Below, piece by piece: positions 37,517-56,904 of a stretch of DNA of 64,000 nt (positions are counted from its first letter, which is position 1; each line of letters begins with the position of its first letter). The stretch comes from Marsupella aquatica (Eukaryota; Plantae; Marchantiophyta). The position numbers and the translations under genes are program-made. The stretch is from positions 23,558,709 through 23,622,708 of the forward strand of contig OZ316894.1 of NCBI GenBank assembly GCA_973895155.1. The letters run 5' to 3'. The notes beneath the pieces were generated by a model that saw only the letters and a list, made by a program, of their open reading frames with translations, did not search any database and was not told the DNA's origin.

Positions 37517-39264
37517 CTCCAACAACAACAGCGGCGGCTCCAACGAAATGATAACAAAGTTGATGGTTATAAAGGAAATTTTCAATGCCAAATGGTACCA
37601 GAGTCGTAACCCCTTCCCTGCCCTGCTCTGCTCTGCTCCGCTCTGCTATGCTCTGCTTGGCCAAATCCAAAGCCTCGTCGCTCGGCTGATTCTCGTGCTA
37701 CTGCAGTTTCCACTGTGAAATCTCGAGAGAATGCAACGTGAGAATTGCGCGCCCCTCGTGACAGAGATGAAGGCAATTCTCTCAAATCAGTGCTGCTGTT
37801 CACACCATCTCTCCGCCGAGAAGAGCAGAGAAGTGAAGTGGAGGGAAGGAAAAAAATACCTGTCTGGTGGAATTCTAAACCCCTTGGGACTGAGAAAAAG
37901 GCAACTTCTCTTTGTGGGTTTTGCTCTTTTGTCCCCCCTTGGAACGAAGAAAAAGGCAGCTTCTCGTTGTGGGTTTTGCTCTTTTGTCCTGGCTGGAGCA
38001 GAGTGGGTGCTCAGAAAGCTTGTACACTACTACAAAATACAATCTATTGATGGGCAGACAGAATGGTAGAGAGGCCCTTCAGGGAGTGGACGGTCGCTGG
38101 CTCTTGAGCAGTTCAGGCTACCTACTACTAAAAAACCTTTTGCTGCTCCGACGTTTTGGGGGACCCCTCGACGAATTCTATTCTAGTACTCTATAGCACG
38201 CCCTCACGAGGAATAGGATTGATTCCGGAGAATCAGGCCAGGACGGGGCAACTCGACCCCGTCACGTCATGGATAGAGAGAATTACACTATTCCCCAAGC
38301 TCTTGTGTACCTTTTTTGTTTATTTTCTTTCAAACCACTAGCCATGACAAAAACCTGCTTACACAGATTTCAACCCTTTTTTTTTATTTATTGGCTTTCA
38401 AACCACTAGCCATGACAAAAACCTGCTTACACAACATATTTTTCCTTGAAATTGTGGAGCATACGGTCTCATGGAGGAGAGGAATGTGAAAAAGGAGAAG
38501 TCTTGGGCACTTCTCCTTTGATTTGGCTGCTGGTAGTTTAAATACATTGCCAGTTTCATTGTTTTTTTTATTTATAAATAAATATAGCACTATTTTTGTA
38601 TTTGGTTATCTTCATTACATTAGTAAACTTATCATCTGTATACAAAAAAGTGGCATATTTGTAACAGAAAAAAAACAGTGATAGTATTATCAATTGGAAC
38701 GTCAAACTAATGGAAAGTTATTTTCCTTACATTTCTATGGACATAATATTTCTTTGTATTTCTAGGGACTGTTATGACCCATGACTCTCTTCTGCCCTGG
38801 GGTATTGTTGTAACCCTCTTGGGCTCACGGCCCTCAAGGATTACACTTCATAACCTCTTCGGGCCATAGGTGATGCTACACCCCCCCCCCACACACACAC
38901 ACACACACTGGGTCCAAATTACCCGTCTGCACCAAAAATTAGTGTAACGAGACCATCCATTACTTGGTGATCCAAATTACTTGGTTTTCACTAGTACATT
39001 AAGGCTTCCAATATGTTCTTGGGCCAGTTTTCTACAATTATATAGTTTCTGACAATGCATTCTGCTCCCATTTTGAGCCCGCCCCACTTGAACTGAACAA
39101 TAGTTCAGCCAACAAGACCAGTGACCAAACCTACTTGGTCACTACAGGCTGAGCAATAAGTCTACAATACGGTGTACAGTATGTTTTGGGGCACTTTTCT
39201 ACAATACAATGTGGGGCGATTTTCAGGCCCTCATCACTTAAACAGAACAAAGTTGAGGCAATTA

Positions 39265-40812
39265 CCAGGTTGCCCCTCATTTTGTATATGGGTTGGTTTA
39301 ACTTAACTAATACACTAACCTGAGATGGCACAAGTTTGGTTTGCATACACATGGAGACTTGCAAGTAGCCCATGCTAACCTCCTCTAGCTGTACCTTCAT
39401 CCTGGATCAGGTTCTCCAATCCAACACAAGTCACTGGTCGGAATTGATGACCATCAACAAGAAAAACCTATTGCATTTTGGTCCCCGTCATTTTCCCCAC
39501 CAACCATAAAAGTGGGGGAAAGTATGTGCCTTCTCGTGTCCCCCAGACCGATTACATGTCATCTTGGGTCAGTCTGGGGCTGGTTACACCGAGCAAACAT
39601 ACAAAGTGGGGCAACCTGATTATTTTATTAATTTTTGGGGCAGAATATTTAGTAAGTCTGACTAGTTTGGGGGGCAAGAACGGCTACAATATTATAGAGA
39701 GTAGAGTGACACAATGATGATGGGTGGGTCCAAGACATAGAGAACCTCCAGCCTCCAGAGCAATATGGGGCAATAAAGCACTTGGCTAGAAGCTGGGTCC
39801 GCTATGAAACCTGCTCCCGCCACTGGGACTTGGAGTGTCAAAGACTCCCATTTTTGTACATGATGGGCACCTGGGTCCGCCATTGGGAGTGGGAGTGCCA
39901 GTCTCCAATGTTTGTACCAATGCCCACGAGACCGCCAGTCAGGACGCATCACTCCCATATCAAAATGTGCTAATATACGGTGTGCACTCATTGATTTAAA
40001 GAAAATATTATAATGAGTTTTCTCATGGTATGGAGGATGTTGTACACCATATATATATGTGCGCTGTCATCGAGACCTGTCAAGTTTGGTAGGGTCGTGG
40101 CCACAAAAGGGGCAGGTCACCATGACATGAATCCATGCAATTGACTCCTAGCAGAATCCTGTACTAGGTCATTCCCATTGAAAAAACTCACTGTTGGAGT
40201 CTATGGGTGGCACATATTTTTTTCTTCTTCTTCTCAACTCTCATGACTGTGAGGGCTAACCATGTCAACAGTCTTGGGCAAGATGCTCTTCCACCAAGAT
40301 AAGTTCCTACTGTCTTCACCAAAAACAGGGCCCAAGGGCCTCGTGCACAAAAATTCATGAATGCCCTATCATTTCATGAATAAAACTAAGGCCCAAGGTG
40401 CACTATTCCAATAAAGTAGTTCGCATAAAATAATTCAAATAGTGCACCTTGGTCAAAATTACTAATCTGCTCCAACAAACTAGTTTGATTATCAGGTTGC
40501 CTCCATTTCATATTTGGGTTGGCTTAACGCCTTAGACTTGCCTGATTGGTTTGTGTACATGTGGAGGCTCACTGTTTTCCCGAGCTAACCCCTTCCAAGT
40601 GTATCTTCACCCTGGACCAGATAGTAGCTTGGAAAAACTACCAGGTTCCACATATCCACAGACCAATTGCATGTCATCTTGGGTTAATCTGGGTTAGTCT
40701 GGTTAGTCTAGTCTGATTAAGCCAACTCCTATACAAAATATATATATGGTTTTATTTTTATTTTTTTGGGGGGGGGACGTCAGTTAGTTATTTCGACCAA
40801 TTTGGGGGACAG
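39265..40812. repeat. Old diverged direct repeat (about 39265-39675 and about 40492-40812)
   Basis: Shared colinear blocks CAGGTTGCC, GGGTTGG.TTAAC, GCTAACC, CTTCA.CCTGGA.CAG, CAGACC.ATT.CATGTCATCTTGGGT. Confidence 0.6.
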
Positions 40813-41836
40813 GAAAGTCAAACATGGTATTTATCATAGTCTTGTCATACTCCAAGCTAAAAATCCAACCTCCAATTTTTGCTTCGTCTGATGTGAGCTT
40901 TTCGATAGGTAGGTGGGACTCCCTGGCGAGCCTGGGGTCAGAAATCAATGACATTTTGGCACGGTTCTAACCCCCATCTCCCTTTTCACATAATTATCCA
41001 CTTCCCACCTGCCTACTCATTCTTACGCTAGGCGAGTAGATACTCGTAGAAAACTCGTACTCAAAGAATTTAACATCAACGCATGTGATTTCACTAGCTT
41101 CGCCCCTACGTAATTTTTGTGGAGGGGAGTACCGAACCTTCATTAGTACAATTATGAACGCATCGGCTTTGAACTGGACACATGAGTTTGCGATGAGGAC
41201 ATGCCACTCCCTTCTAGCAATGTAATCGATTACTTTTGGAAATCACAACTTCGTCATCAGGTTGGAAGCGCTGTATGATTGCAAAAAACTTAAACAGGCT
41301 GCCTCCCCAAAGCAGCTGCTATCGTGGTGTGAGTGCAAATCACCTCAGCGTTAGAGCTACGTTGTTCAGTCTATGTGACCAAAATTGCTTCCACCTGACA
41401 GCTCCAAGTAGTAACTTGTATATAAGCGCTACTCTTGCCAAGCGAGGATCCTTAATAAATTCAACATTCTCAGGTGCACTGACTAATATATACTGCTATT
41501 CTGTCATTGATTGGTTGTGAAGTCTAACCTAGGTCTATGTTCTTGTATACATCTCATGACACTCATGTAGGCTTCAAATAGTATGGAAATGTTTTCCTAT
41601 CATAGTCGTTTCACCATTGTCAGCGCAGTAGTCTCCAAATTCGTCAAAAACATCGATATGAATGGATCGGGGCCACAATCAAGTGTGGCTTCAATAAACT
41701 TCTTCCTGTCACGCGAAGGAGAGGCATCAGCGGTGTGAATGACTATTTATGGTTGAAAATAAAACAACTGAACATAAAGCTGGAGATCTGTACAACCAAC
41801 TCTGATTGTAAAAAGTACTCACCTCCAGTTGACCAA

Positions 41837-44800
41837 TTAATGGCTTGTTGCCAAGGCAGTTGCCAAAAGGCCAAACACAAAGAACGGTTGAGCGCTAGCC
41901 TGCACAACCCAGCCCATATGAAGGGTTTTGGTACAAAACTAGCGTTACATGTCCAGATCACTGGTGGAAGCTTCCAAGCTCGGATTAAATTTTGTGAGAC
42001 TGGAAGTACAACCAAGAAGTTCTCCAAAGTTCGTTGCGAGATGAAGTTTAAAAAAACGAAATTCTACATCTTGTATTTTGCCATACAACCTCCATTGCCA
42101 ACTATCGTGTAGCATATTCCAACACTGTTAACTAATTTTCATCGCAGCTGGGATGGAATCTAGAAGAGAAGACAAGATCAATCTGATAGGCCAAATCAAG
42201 GATGAAATGGTTAGGAGGTCAAAAAGTAAAACGTGTGGAAATTTGAGAACCTCCAAATGCACACACCTGATACTTGACATCGTTTTTGATTGGGTCCTTG
42301 AGAAAATACTGAAACTGCAATCCACAAAACGAGCTTCCATCATCAAATAAGTGGAGCCAGAAGGAGGTTCAAGAACTTAACACAAGGATTATCAAGTAAA
42401 TTTGAATGAAATTTATGAAGGCCTGTTGTTTACTGTGTTGTACCTGAAAGAGGATCTGAGGAGCAATTAGAGCGAGCAGAATAAGTCCATAGAGTGTCTT
42501 CCCTTGGGAGAAAAGATATGCTGCCATTCATTCATAAAAGAGTCAGAGCTAGCTCGATAATCTACAACACTACTCACGTACAAAAACTCATGATGTCACG
42601 GTGTACACCATCAGAACAAATTCAGACCTATGCAAAGAAACCTGACAAAGCTCATTCAAACCCACAGGGGTCGTCCGCAGGTTAATGTTGTGACTTCTAA
42701 AAGGACATTGTTCGATAATGAGGCTGAAACATACCAGCAACTGAAAGTTGGGTTACGTCAATGGTTCCCGCACAGATCCACTTTGCAGTGTCTACTCCAA
42801 ATGCCACAGGCAACGACTGCAACCATCGAGTCAATCATTAGACATTCGATCTTGCTTCATGTTTTAGCTTCATCTTCCCGTGGATGGAAATTGGGCCCAT
42901 GTATTTGAATCCTTGTTCTAACATCAGGAACAGCTGTTCATGGAACAGAGAATACCTGCAATCCCATCGCCCGGTCTCCTTCGATGCTTTTGAAATCATT
43001 GATGATGGCAATACCTAACTGAAGGTGTCAAAAGAGTAACACAGAAAATCAGATACAGCCGTCATGAATAGCTCCCAAGAGAAGTGATCAACTAGAATAG
43101 AGGCGATCTGCAAGAGGCAAAGACTACGTTTATTAAGTCTTCTCTAGAGGACGAATCAACGATGGAGATGTTCACACCGCTAAGCGCAAAACCCTGAGTA
43201 TAAAGTCGAGCACAATGAGGATCAGAACTCACCCCAGCAGTGCTATATAGGAGTGTTAACACAACGATATCTGGAGTAAGGGTTCCAAACAACAACTGAC
43301 CAGACCACCTGTCAGAGAAAGTAATCCACGGTTACATTTAGCTTCAATCATTATCCCAAATCTTGGCTGTAGACACAAAAAACCAAACTGAGTTGTCAAG
43401 AAAGTGACTTGTATTCTTCATTACTGGCTCTTAAGTAAACATATGGGACCAGGATTTTGTGAAAGTGAGAGCCTCAATGAATGGACAAGAGTGATATCTG
43501 GATTTATGCTTGAGCCAAGAGCTCGCCTCAAACCTTCAAAACAGATACAACTGTAAGAGTGACAGAGTACGCACATACCATGGAAGGGAGATATAGCTGG
43601 AGCCGAGTGCGTAGTTCCCAATCCAGCCACTCTGTTTTAGCTGTACCCAAAGATGAAACCAGGACATTGATTACCTATCCACGCATGTCATCAAGGAGAA
43701 CTTCGAGCTGGAATGGATATAAGTGACCAAGACTGGTGGCAGAAAGATTTTTATGAACTAGAGAATGAGGTGACAAACCCTTCCCCAGCAGCTGCTTTGA
43801 TTTGATTGGCAATGCTTTACCTTCAAGGGTGGTGCAGAATAAATGTACGATAACAAAGATCCTCCAACAGCAAGGCACAGGATGGATGGAAAATCATGAC
43901 CCGCCTGCACAAAACGACGACAACTAATCATGTCACTCATGAACTGACTCGCTCTGTATAAGACTTCCCAAAAACAAAACGAGTCCAAAGAGTACTTCAT
44001 TAAGTCTATGAGCCAACGGTAAAGAGAGACAGCTTGGCCCTGATATGAGTTCAACCGCTGAACATACCCATACGTCCAGCAGGTACGCAGTTCCCAACCC
44101 ACCCAGAAGAAGAACCCAGATTTGAATTATAACCTGCAGAAAGCACAAATTTATCGTGAGAAGTCTGAAAGCAGAGTTGCAAGACTATTGCGTGGAAACC
44201 GGTAGTTTGTATCCTAGGATTCCGAGGAGAAAATTACACTTGAGAGGCAATGTTGAAAGTCTATACAATCCTCTGGAAACAGTCCACATGATTGACATGA
44301 CCATGACACGTCTATCGCGAAGTAGTTAAGGTTTGATTGAATATATGATGGCTTGCTCCAGCTATGCAAAGTCCAACGAGGTAGATAAACTAGCCATCGT
44401 ATCCTCGGGTCATTTTTCTTCGAGGCCCTCTCAGACTAAATTTTGCCGAATGCGTGTCAACTATGGAAGAGTACCGGAGGAGCAATCGAAGCAATCAAAA
44501 CTCCTCAACACCATTACTTAAGGACAGTAACAATTTCGATGTTTTGGAAGCTAGACTCAGAACACCTATTTGTTGGTAAATTAGACTTTTCTAGTCTCTA
44601 TAGGGTATACATTTTGGGATAAAGAGAACTTACGTCCGTCTCAGGTATGGCTCCTGATGGGATTGGTCGATAAGGCTCGTTGATAGCATCTATTTCTTTA
44701 TCATACCAATCATTGATGGTCTGCAACGAAATCCTTCACGGGTCAGATGTAAAGTTTTGCTTCATTCTAATAATCTTTGCCTAGTAGACTGGAAATTTCG

Positions 44801-46221
44801 AAACTAAACAACTGCAACACCAAAGCATGGCTGGATTGGGACCTGAGTGTATCCAGTCAGGCAGGGTCCTGACATGAACATACACAAAGCAGCTTTTGCA
44901 ATATCTTCAGGATTCCCCCAATTGAAGTTCCCTGCAGAGAAAGATGTCGAGTTTAATACAACCCAGTACAATACTTTGGAGATTATAGATTTTACAACAT
45001 GGATTAACGAGAAGAGATCTCCCGGATACAGGACTCCCAATTTAGACTTCTGAAAGACTGCCATACTGGCTAATTGGCAAGAACGCAACTGACCTGAGGC
45101 AGCTGCACCACAAGCTACCCCCCATATCAAGGGTGCCCAAGTCACAGGCTTTGTAAGCTGAAGACGTATCTTCCAGATATTCTGTAATCCATTGGAGAGG
45201 ACGTGAGCTCTACCACTTTCTATTTACGACCAAAGTCATGAACTCACACGCAGAAATCCATACGACAACATTCTTTAAAACGAAACTCAATTTCCAAACA
45301 AACGCGTGGGCATAGTTTCAAGCAGTCAAAACGTTATAAGACGGCAGAATATTCACACGCCGTGTCCTAACCGACAATTGGTGTACCTTCTCTGCTGCAG
45401 CTCCTCTTATACCAAACATCTGATTCATTGCAGAACCCTCCTCCTTTTTACCAGGCTCATCTTCAACTTCGGTCTTGCCTGCATTCAGACAACATTACAT
45501 GAGAAACGCAATTCCTCCAAATCAAGTCTCCGTACAAGGAGGGCAGTCTAATTTTCCCCGAACACATAGAAAATAATTATTCTAGTTAAAGCATTAGTAC
45601 AAATCAAAAGCAGTTATGCCCGAAAAAAATCCCCAAAGTATCTGCGACCTTCGGACGCTGCTTCATTTAGATTTAACACAAACACAACCTTTCGGCTCTT
45701 TTCCCGGTCTGAACTTTGCAAAATTACTTCTGTATCCTAGCACAGACAGACTGAAGACGGGCTGTCCAGGAAAGCTCACCACTTGAGTCGGTCTCAACTG
45801 CCCTGATGCTCACGAATCCTGCTCAATGCATTGCAATCGGACCAAAATTAGCCAAGCTCTCTTAGAATCACTTGCAATCTCGATTCCCTTAGGTCTATAT
45901 CACGCACTAACAAGCACGAATACCGACATTGCCCCATCCTAGCAATCAACTGTTCAATCCATCACAAGGATGGAGACGCTGCCACCAGAAAATCCATCTG
46001 CACAAAGAACTGGAGGCGAATCACCCACCTGGATTTCTTCTTCTGTGCCCTCGGAGAGCTGTTCGGGAAAATTGAGACCTCCCTAGAGCCGAACTGGGAA
46101 GAGCGTTACAGCCGAGTATGCTGCTGCTGCTGATGGCAGTAGCTCTATTCCTCCTGTAAGAGGAAGGCGTCGTGAGCAAGCTGGAGCAGCAGCACAGGGA
46201 GGCGAGGGACGTAGCAGCCAT
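41837..46221 (-). CDS. CHLG: Chlorophyll synthase (UbiA prenyltransferase family), about 15 exons
   Basis: Exons encode WKIRLQLTKPVTWAPLIWG, SGPCLTGYTQ, TINDWYDKEIDAINEPYRPIPSG, YIYSAPPLK, GNYALGSSYISLPW, NDFKSIEGDRAMGLQ, SLPVAFG, DPIKNDVKYQ, ASAQPFFVFG...SH-stop; Ser-rich transit peptide. Confidence 0.96.
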
Positions 46222-46621
46222 TGCTACTCACTTCAGTAGCTTCAGTGGCTCCACTCCTTCCACTCCAATACAATCCAGTCCTCGCTGAATGAGACTTCTC
46301 CCTGCGTGGTACTGCAGCTCGAATGCCAACACACTTCTGTTTCTCTCTGTGTCTCTGTCTAGCGTTTGTGCTGAAGATACTGATTGTGCACTGCTATTGA
46401 GGAGCCAGATGCGACTCCATAGCTTAGTGGTATTCTTTCGCAATCTACTTCAGCTTTTGCCTGGTGTGTGGCATTGTCCTGGTTGGTTGCCCGTATCACG
46501 ATTACTGCGGTCAATTCATTTCCACTGGGAAGTCGAAGTTGGGGTTTATTAATGGGTTACATTCCAAAGTGTGGCTTTCCAATAAAGAATGACAAACACT
46601 TCAATCTCCTTTTCGTGTAGG

Positions 46622-46990
46622 GTAACCCATGGCCTGGAGGAGGTTATGGGCTGTAATCCCAAGGGTGGTGAGCCTGAGGGGCTTACTGCCATGACCCCAA
46701 ACAGGCCATGGGTTAGCAAGCTAACCCCCAATATTATTTATTCATATATGATTTTGAAATTTTGAGACCCAGTGAGGCTGGCTGGAGATTGTGAGACTCT
46801 TGGAACCCCCCTGGCTATGCCGGGAGAGGGGGTTATGGCTGGGAACCTCCCCTGAAACTACAAAGGAAAAAAGAGAGGGGGGTTATGGTGTAGGATAACC
46901 CATCCCCAAGAGGCTGTAATCCCCAAGGGCGCTGAGCCCGAGCTGGTTACAGCCATTATCCCCAAGTGGGGATGAGTTACCCAGCATAAA
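46622..46990. repeat. Two related self-complementary units of about 90 bp (MITE-like) upstream of CHLG
   Basis: AACCCATGGCCTG...CAGGCCATGGGTT at 46624-46714; second unit AACCCATCCCCA...TGGGGATGAGTT at about 46897-46978; both contain GGCTGTAATCCC.AAGGG...TGAGCC.GAG. Confidence 0.65.
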
Positions 46991-47036
46991 GCCCGAGTGA
47001 AGTTTTAGACAGCATTCAGTTCAGTTTTTCACAAGA

Positions 47037-47099
47037 TAACTCTGATCCATCAGTGTGGTAACTCTGATCCATCAGTGTGGTAACTCTGATCCATCAGTG
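47037..47099. repeat. 22-bp tandem repeat TAACTCTGATCCATCAGTGTGG, about 3 copies
   Basis: Read directly from the sequence. Confidence 0.9.
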
Positions 47100-49087
47100 T
47101 CTGCATAAGCTCTCTCCAAAGTTAGTCTAACCTCAGCAGCCTTTAACTGTGATTAAGCAACAGTCCAGTTAACCTAACTAGGTGTTAGAGTTAACGTACC
47201 AGCATACTCCAAGGGGGTAACCAAGGTGGGCTGAGTTGGTGGTGTGCAAAGCATCATGTAATTGGAAAACACATATCACCTAATTTGGAAAATATGTGAT
47301 TCTGTTCATGCGGGATGTACCCAAACCATTTTATGAATCTGGATGGGATTGGCAAAACTCAATATTTCCCTTCCTCAATTATTGGTGCAAAGAAGATGTG
47401 GGCTTGAATGTGCAGTAGTCAAGGATGGTCGGTGCTTGTTGCCAGGCTTGTTGCAAACAGGGACAATCCAGACATGCATGGCATGTAGGGAGGTGCAAGA
47501 CCACAGGGGTGTGTGGGTTAGACAAAACTCAACCTTGTTTAAATAAGGCTACATAAGGTTGAGTGGTATGCTTATTGGCCTAGATTTTGGGTCAATCATA
47601 TGAATAAATCATCCCATCCCAGCCTAAAAACCTTCATGATCGGACATCGCATAGGAGCTTAGTACAAACCTACAGTTTTGGGTGAACACCAATAAATCAT
47701 CACATCCCAGCCTAAATTCCTTCATGATGGGACATCCATGGGAGCTTACAAACCTATAGTAGTACTTGACAAATTTGCAATATTATGGAAAACATCCCAC
47801 CTGTTTTTAAATTTGGAAGTACCCTGGCGATAATATGCTCCACCCAAATTGGTGAAACTGTGAGGATTATAATTGGAGTTCATTTGAGGAATCTGTTGGT
47901 CTCACTTGTCTGTTTTCGTACAACCTAGTTTTACCTACCTGTTTCATAATAAAAATATAGTTTATTGATGAAAGTGATCCAACTCTCAAATGCATGATGA
48001 TCAGATAGTGAGAAGCCTTAGCTATCAAGGACCTTTACATTAACCATGGGCTAGGTGGGAAGTTGGAGGGTCAGCTGATCACTTTGTGGGGTTAGCATAA
48101 ATAGCTCATTATGCTACCTCTGAGATATATTCAAGAAATAAATTCCTACAGTCCTGTCTGCAAGTGGGAATCACCAAGTCAGTGATCAACATTTCCAGGC
48201 AAGGAAAAACTGACCAATCTTAACATAAGTTTATTTGAGCTCATGCTGAGGTAGATAGATGAGGGTGTTTTACGTAAATTTGTGCAATACTTAGTCTTGC
48301 CCTGATGATGGAGAAGTCTCAATGTTCTCAATTCAAGTAGACCATTCAAAGGAAATCTGTCAGGAGTCTTTGAGCCCAATTTTGTAAACCTAGCTACACC
48401 CACATCAGTACCGTTGCAGATGTGAAAGTTCAGACACTTGGGCCAACGTTCAACTTCAAAATCAAGGAGGTGATCGAGTTTAGAACAATGCATTGCTCCT
48501 AGTCACCAGGTGCCCTCAAAAGACAAGATTTCTGCCTCATTTGCATCCTGAAGCTACATTAAAGTGGAGGACATGTGCCTAAATTTCGATAGCAATCACT
48601 CTTCCAAAATTGAAAAAACCCACTACTGGAACATTGGACGGACGGGACTAATGTGCCTTCCTGGGCATTTTGAACTTTTTTATTAGAATCATCTAGAATA
48701 AGAGAAGCCTTACATCGCCTCCTGCTAAGCTTTGAATCGCGGAAAACAATATCCATCCAAACATGTCCTGATTGTTCCTAGTTCAGGCCAGTTTTGAACC
48801 ATCAATTATGTACAAAATCGTGACTGCATAAGAATGATAGTCCTTCCCTAAACACCTCTAAATGCGAAGTTTCAAGTGCTTCCAGGCACATTATGCCTTG
48901 CGTTGAGAGGTTAAGTATACATGAAGGGGGTCCCACAAATAGACGCTAAAGTACTTGCATGTTGACTCCCCACTCGCCACGTCAATTCCTTTGCCATAAT
49001 TCACATTTTTAAATTTTGAGGTATATATGTACACCTATAATCTACAGCTCCCCTTGAAGCAGAAGTGGCCGAACTTGGCGTCTCAGC

Positions 49088-54044
<4,957 letters not shown>

Positions 54045-56904
54045 GTCTTCCTTCTTTCCGCTCCACAGCACCGCACAATCCCTCCCTACCAGTTCCAAAA
54101 ATTTGCCTCCCCAATCCGAGGCTGAACCTGAGGGTACCCAGCAAAAAAATGCAGTGAGGGAAGCACTGGCTGGCTGTCCCACTCCCCTACCGAATTCGTT
54201 GAAAACTCTCGCTCAAATGATGGAAAACCAAACCAAACCTGAGAGGGAGTGCGTTGCCTCCCCCTCCCGTATCTCTCCTACGTCCACCAAATCTCATATC
54301 CCTCTCCCCCGTCTTTCTGTCTGCACACCCCTACCCCTCCCAGCGAGACAACGCTCTGCTCTAATCAGCCCAAAACATCAGGCCTTTCGCCGTCTCCTCT
54401 CTCAAACAATCGAAACCAGCAGCCCAAAGCTCTTCCTCTTTCTCTCTCTCCCTCTCTACTCTACGCAAGACCAAAGTCTACAAATCAAAATCTCATTCAG
54501 CAATTACTCTGTTTCTCTTGCTTTTTGACCCTCTGCCCACAATCTACTCCAAAGCAACAGCACAAACCAAATCTCTGTTCGTCTTCCGACCAAGCCAAAA
54601 AAAATCTCCACAACAAACCAGAACAAATCTGTAATCTGCTCCCCACCAAATCATAAGCCCTCAAAACGAAATTGCTCCCACCCAATGATGCGGTACACGC
54701 AGTATATGTGACAAGAGAATCCCCTTCCCACTCACTCCTCCTCCACCTCCTCCTCCTCCTCCCTCCCTTCCCTGTTCAGTCAGGGCCCACCGACATCCAC
54801 GATTCGGCGCAAGAGAATGATGACATCTACAAAAGAGAGGAGCAGTACGATCGGCAGTGGATCGGACTGACGTGAGGTAGTGGCGAATGTTGCGGATTGC
54901 TTGCGGCTCTGGATTACCAAAAGTGCCCCAAAACCATGACATTATTCCCTCGATTCCCCACCATCTCCCTCTCTACTTGCCCCTCTTCTTCGTCTCTCTG
55001 CTTCCTCTCTACAGGTACTCTTGGCACATGCACCAGCGTATTTTTTAAGGTGTTTTGTTCTCTCTTCTTCGTCTCTACAGGTACTCTTGGCACATGCACC
55101 AGCTTGTTTTTTTGTTTTTAGCAAGTGTGGCCAATCTAGGCCACTCTAAGGGAATAGATGCTAGCAATATTCTTTTTAAGTTTTTTTTCTGGATTATACA
55201 CTCACCGTCAAATATCTCTAGATTACTCACCGTCAGATATCCCTAGATTTATGGATAACCTTTAGATTCTCGCAAATGGGGTCCATGATTTGGTGGGAAA
55301 GTGGCTAATGGCATACAAAGAATCTAGCCAAATTAAGCCAAAAGTGGCAAACACTTTTTGAGGAGGTGGAATTTGGCAAAAATTTGCACCTAAAAAATAC
55401 CCACTCTACTTGGGCCTCTCTACATGACACAATCATGCACTCCAGCTGTATTGTATTAGAGCATTCTCACCAACTCTGGACACACACAGCTAGAGCAGTG
55501 ATGAGTTTAGTGCCAAGGGCTCACTACAGTAGGGCCAATTTAGTAGAGTGTCCCAAAGCTGGGAATTGATGGACCTTAACTTTGAAGTTGAGGCAGGAGT
55601 TCAGGGTTGCGGACACAAAAATTTAAGGACTGTTGGCAATTTAGTAGGAGTCTCAAAGCTCAAAATTTGATGGACCTTAACTTTGTAGTTCATGGAGGGT
55701 TACCAACACACAAAAAAGTTAAGGACTACCAAAATCATAGTCCATAAGTTTTTGCCGTAAAGATTGGTCTATGCCATAATTGTTAGTCACGGTAGAGGCT
55801 GGTGGAAAAATAAAAACTTTTACATAACCCTGTGTAAAAATCATGACCATGGGTTTTTGGCCAGAAGCCATCACCTCTAATTTTGAAGCTTTAAGACACC
55901 CTAATTTCCCTACCAGTTCTTTTATCACAAAGATGAGTCCTGGAAAGTCATTTATGGCATGTGAACTATTTGCTGCCTGCAAAAATAATGTTTTTCCTCT
56001 TAGTGTCAAAACTTTGTCTGAACCCCACTTGTGGATGGGTTTTGTGTAAAACAAAACAGGCGCAGACAGCCATAAACAACTTTCCAAGATCCACCGCCCC
56101 AAAGGTTCTCTTAGCCAGCAAGAAATTGTTTCCAATAAACTAGAAGTGGGGAGCTCTATCACACGCTAGCCTCTTCCGCCATCCCTTGCCAATGTCATTC
56201 AACGGTTATGATGCAACAATCGTAAAACCCATGGATGGCCACAAAGCACTCTTGCTGAGTGCTCTTGTTGCTTGCTTAGAGTTTGCAATTTTGGGCGGGG
56301 ATCACATTCGGTTAAAGCTCACCAAGCCCGTCACCAAGGAGTAGACAGCCGACCACTACTGTCACCTTGATACTAAGCCATAGATAGTGTGACGGTTGAG
56401 AAAGCTCTTACAACAACCAACATGAAAGTATAACTAAATTGAGGGTCTCAAACTTTTGAATCCAATGAACCTTACATTACTAGTACATTAAGGTTATTGT
56501 TAAGAATAACCCTCTTTGTATCCCATGGAGATAGAGCACTTAATTACGGACCCCATTAGGGGTCTCTTGCAAATTCTCTGCCATGAGGTTGCGCCACATC
56601 ACCACAACCAGCCACAAACAGGAATGATCCTACTTTTAACAAAAACAAACGTGCACATTCCTGTTTGTGGCAGAAGCAACGTAATTTTTTTGGCGCCATG
56701 CCGTAAATATTAAACATAAGAAAAACCAAAATACAAAGGAAGAGATGTCATTTAGTAAAACAAAGTTACTATTTTGATGTTTGTCAAAGATATATCAGTG
56801 TTTTATATCAAAATGCTTGTATTTTTTAATTGTTTGCAAGTTTGAAAAAACCAATGGATAGAAATGTACATAGTTAAAACCCCTTTGGCTTCACATTATA
56901 AAAC

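Noticed and set aside
41100-41800. Possible extra minus-strand exons downstream of CHLG
   Set aside because: Only short frames with no recognisable homology; more likely 3' UTR.
28962-46221. P450 + ASS + CHLG as a biosynthetic gene cluster
   Set aside because: ASS and CHLG look like ordinary housekeeping genes of unrelated pathways; adjacency alone is not evidence.
54815-54872. Possible C/D box snoRNA (ATGATGA...CTGA)
   Set aside because: Only about 55 nt, no terminal stem, and no rRNA guide that I recognise.
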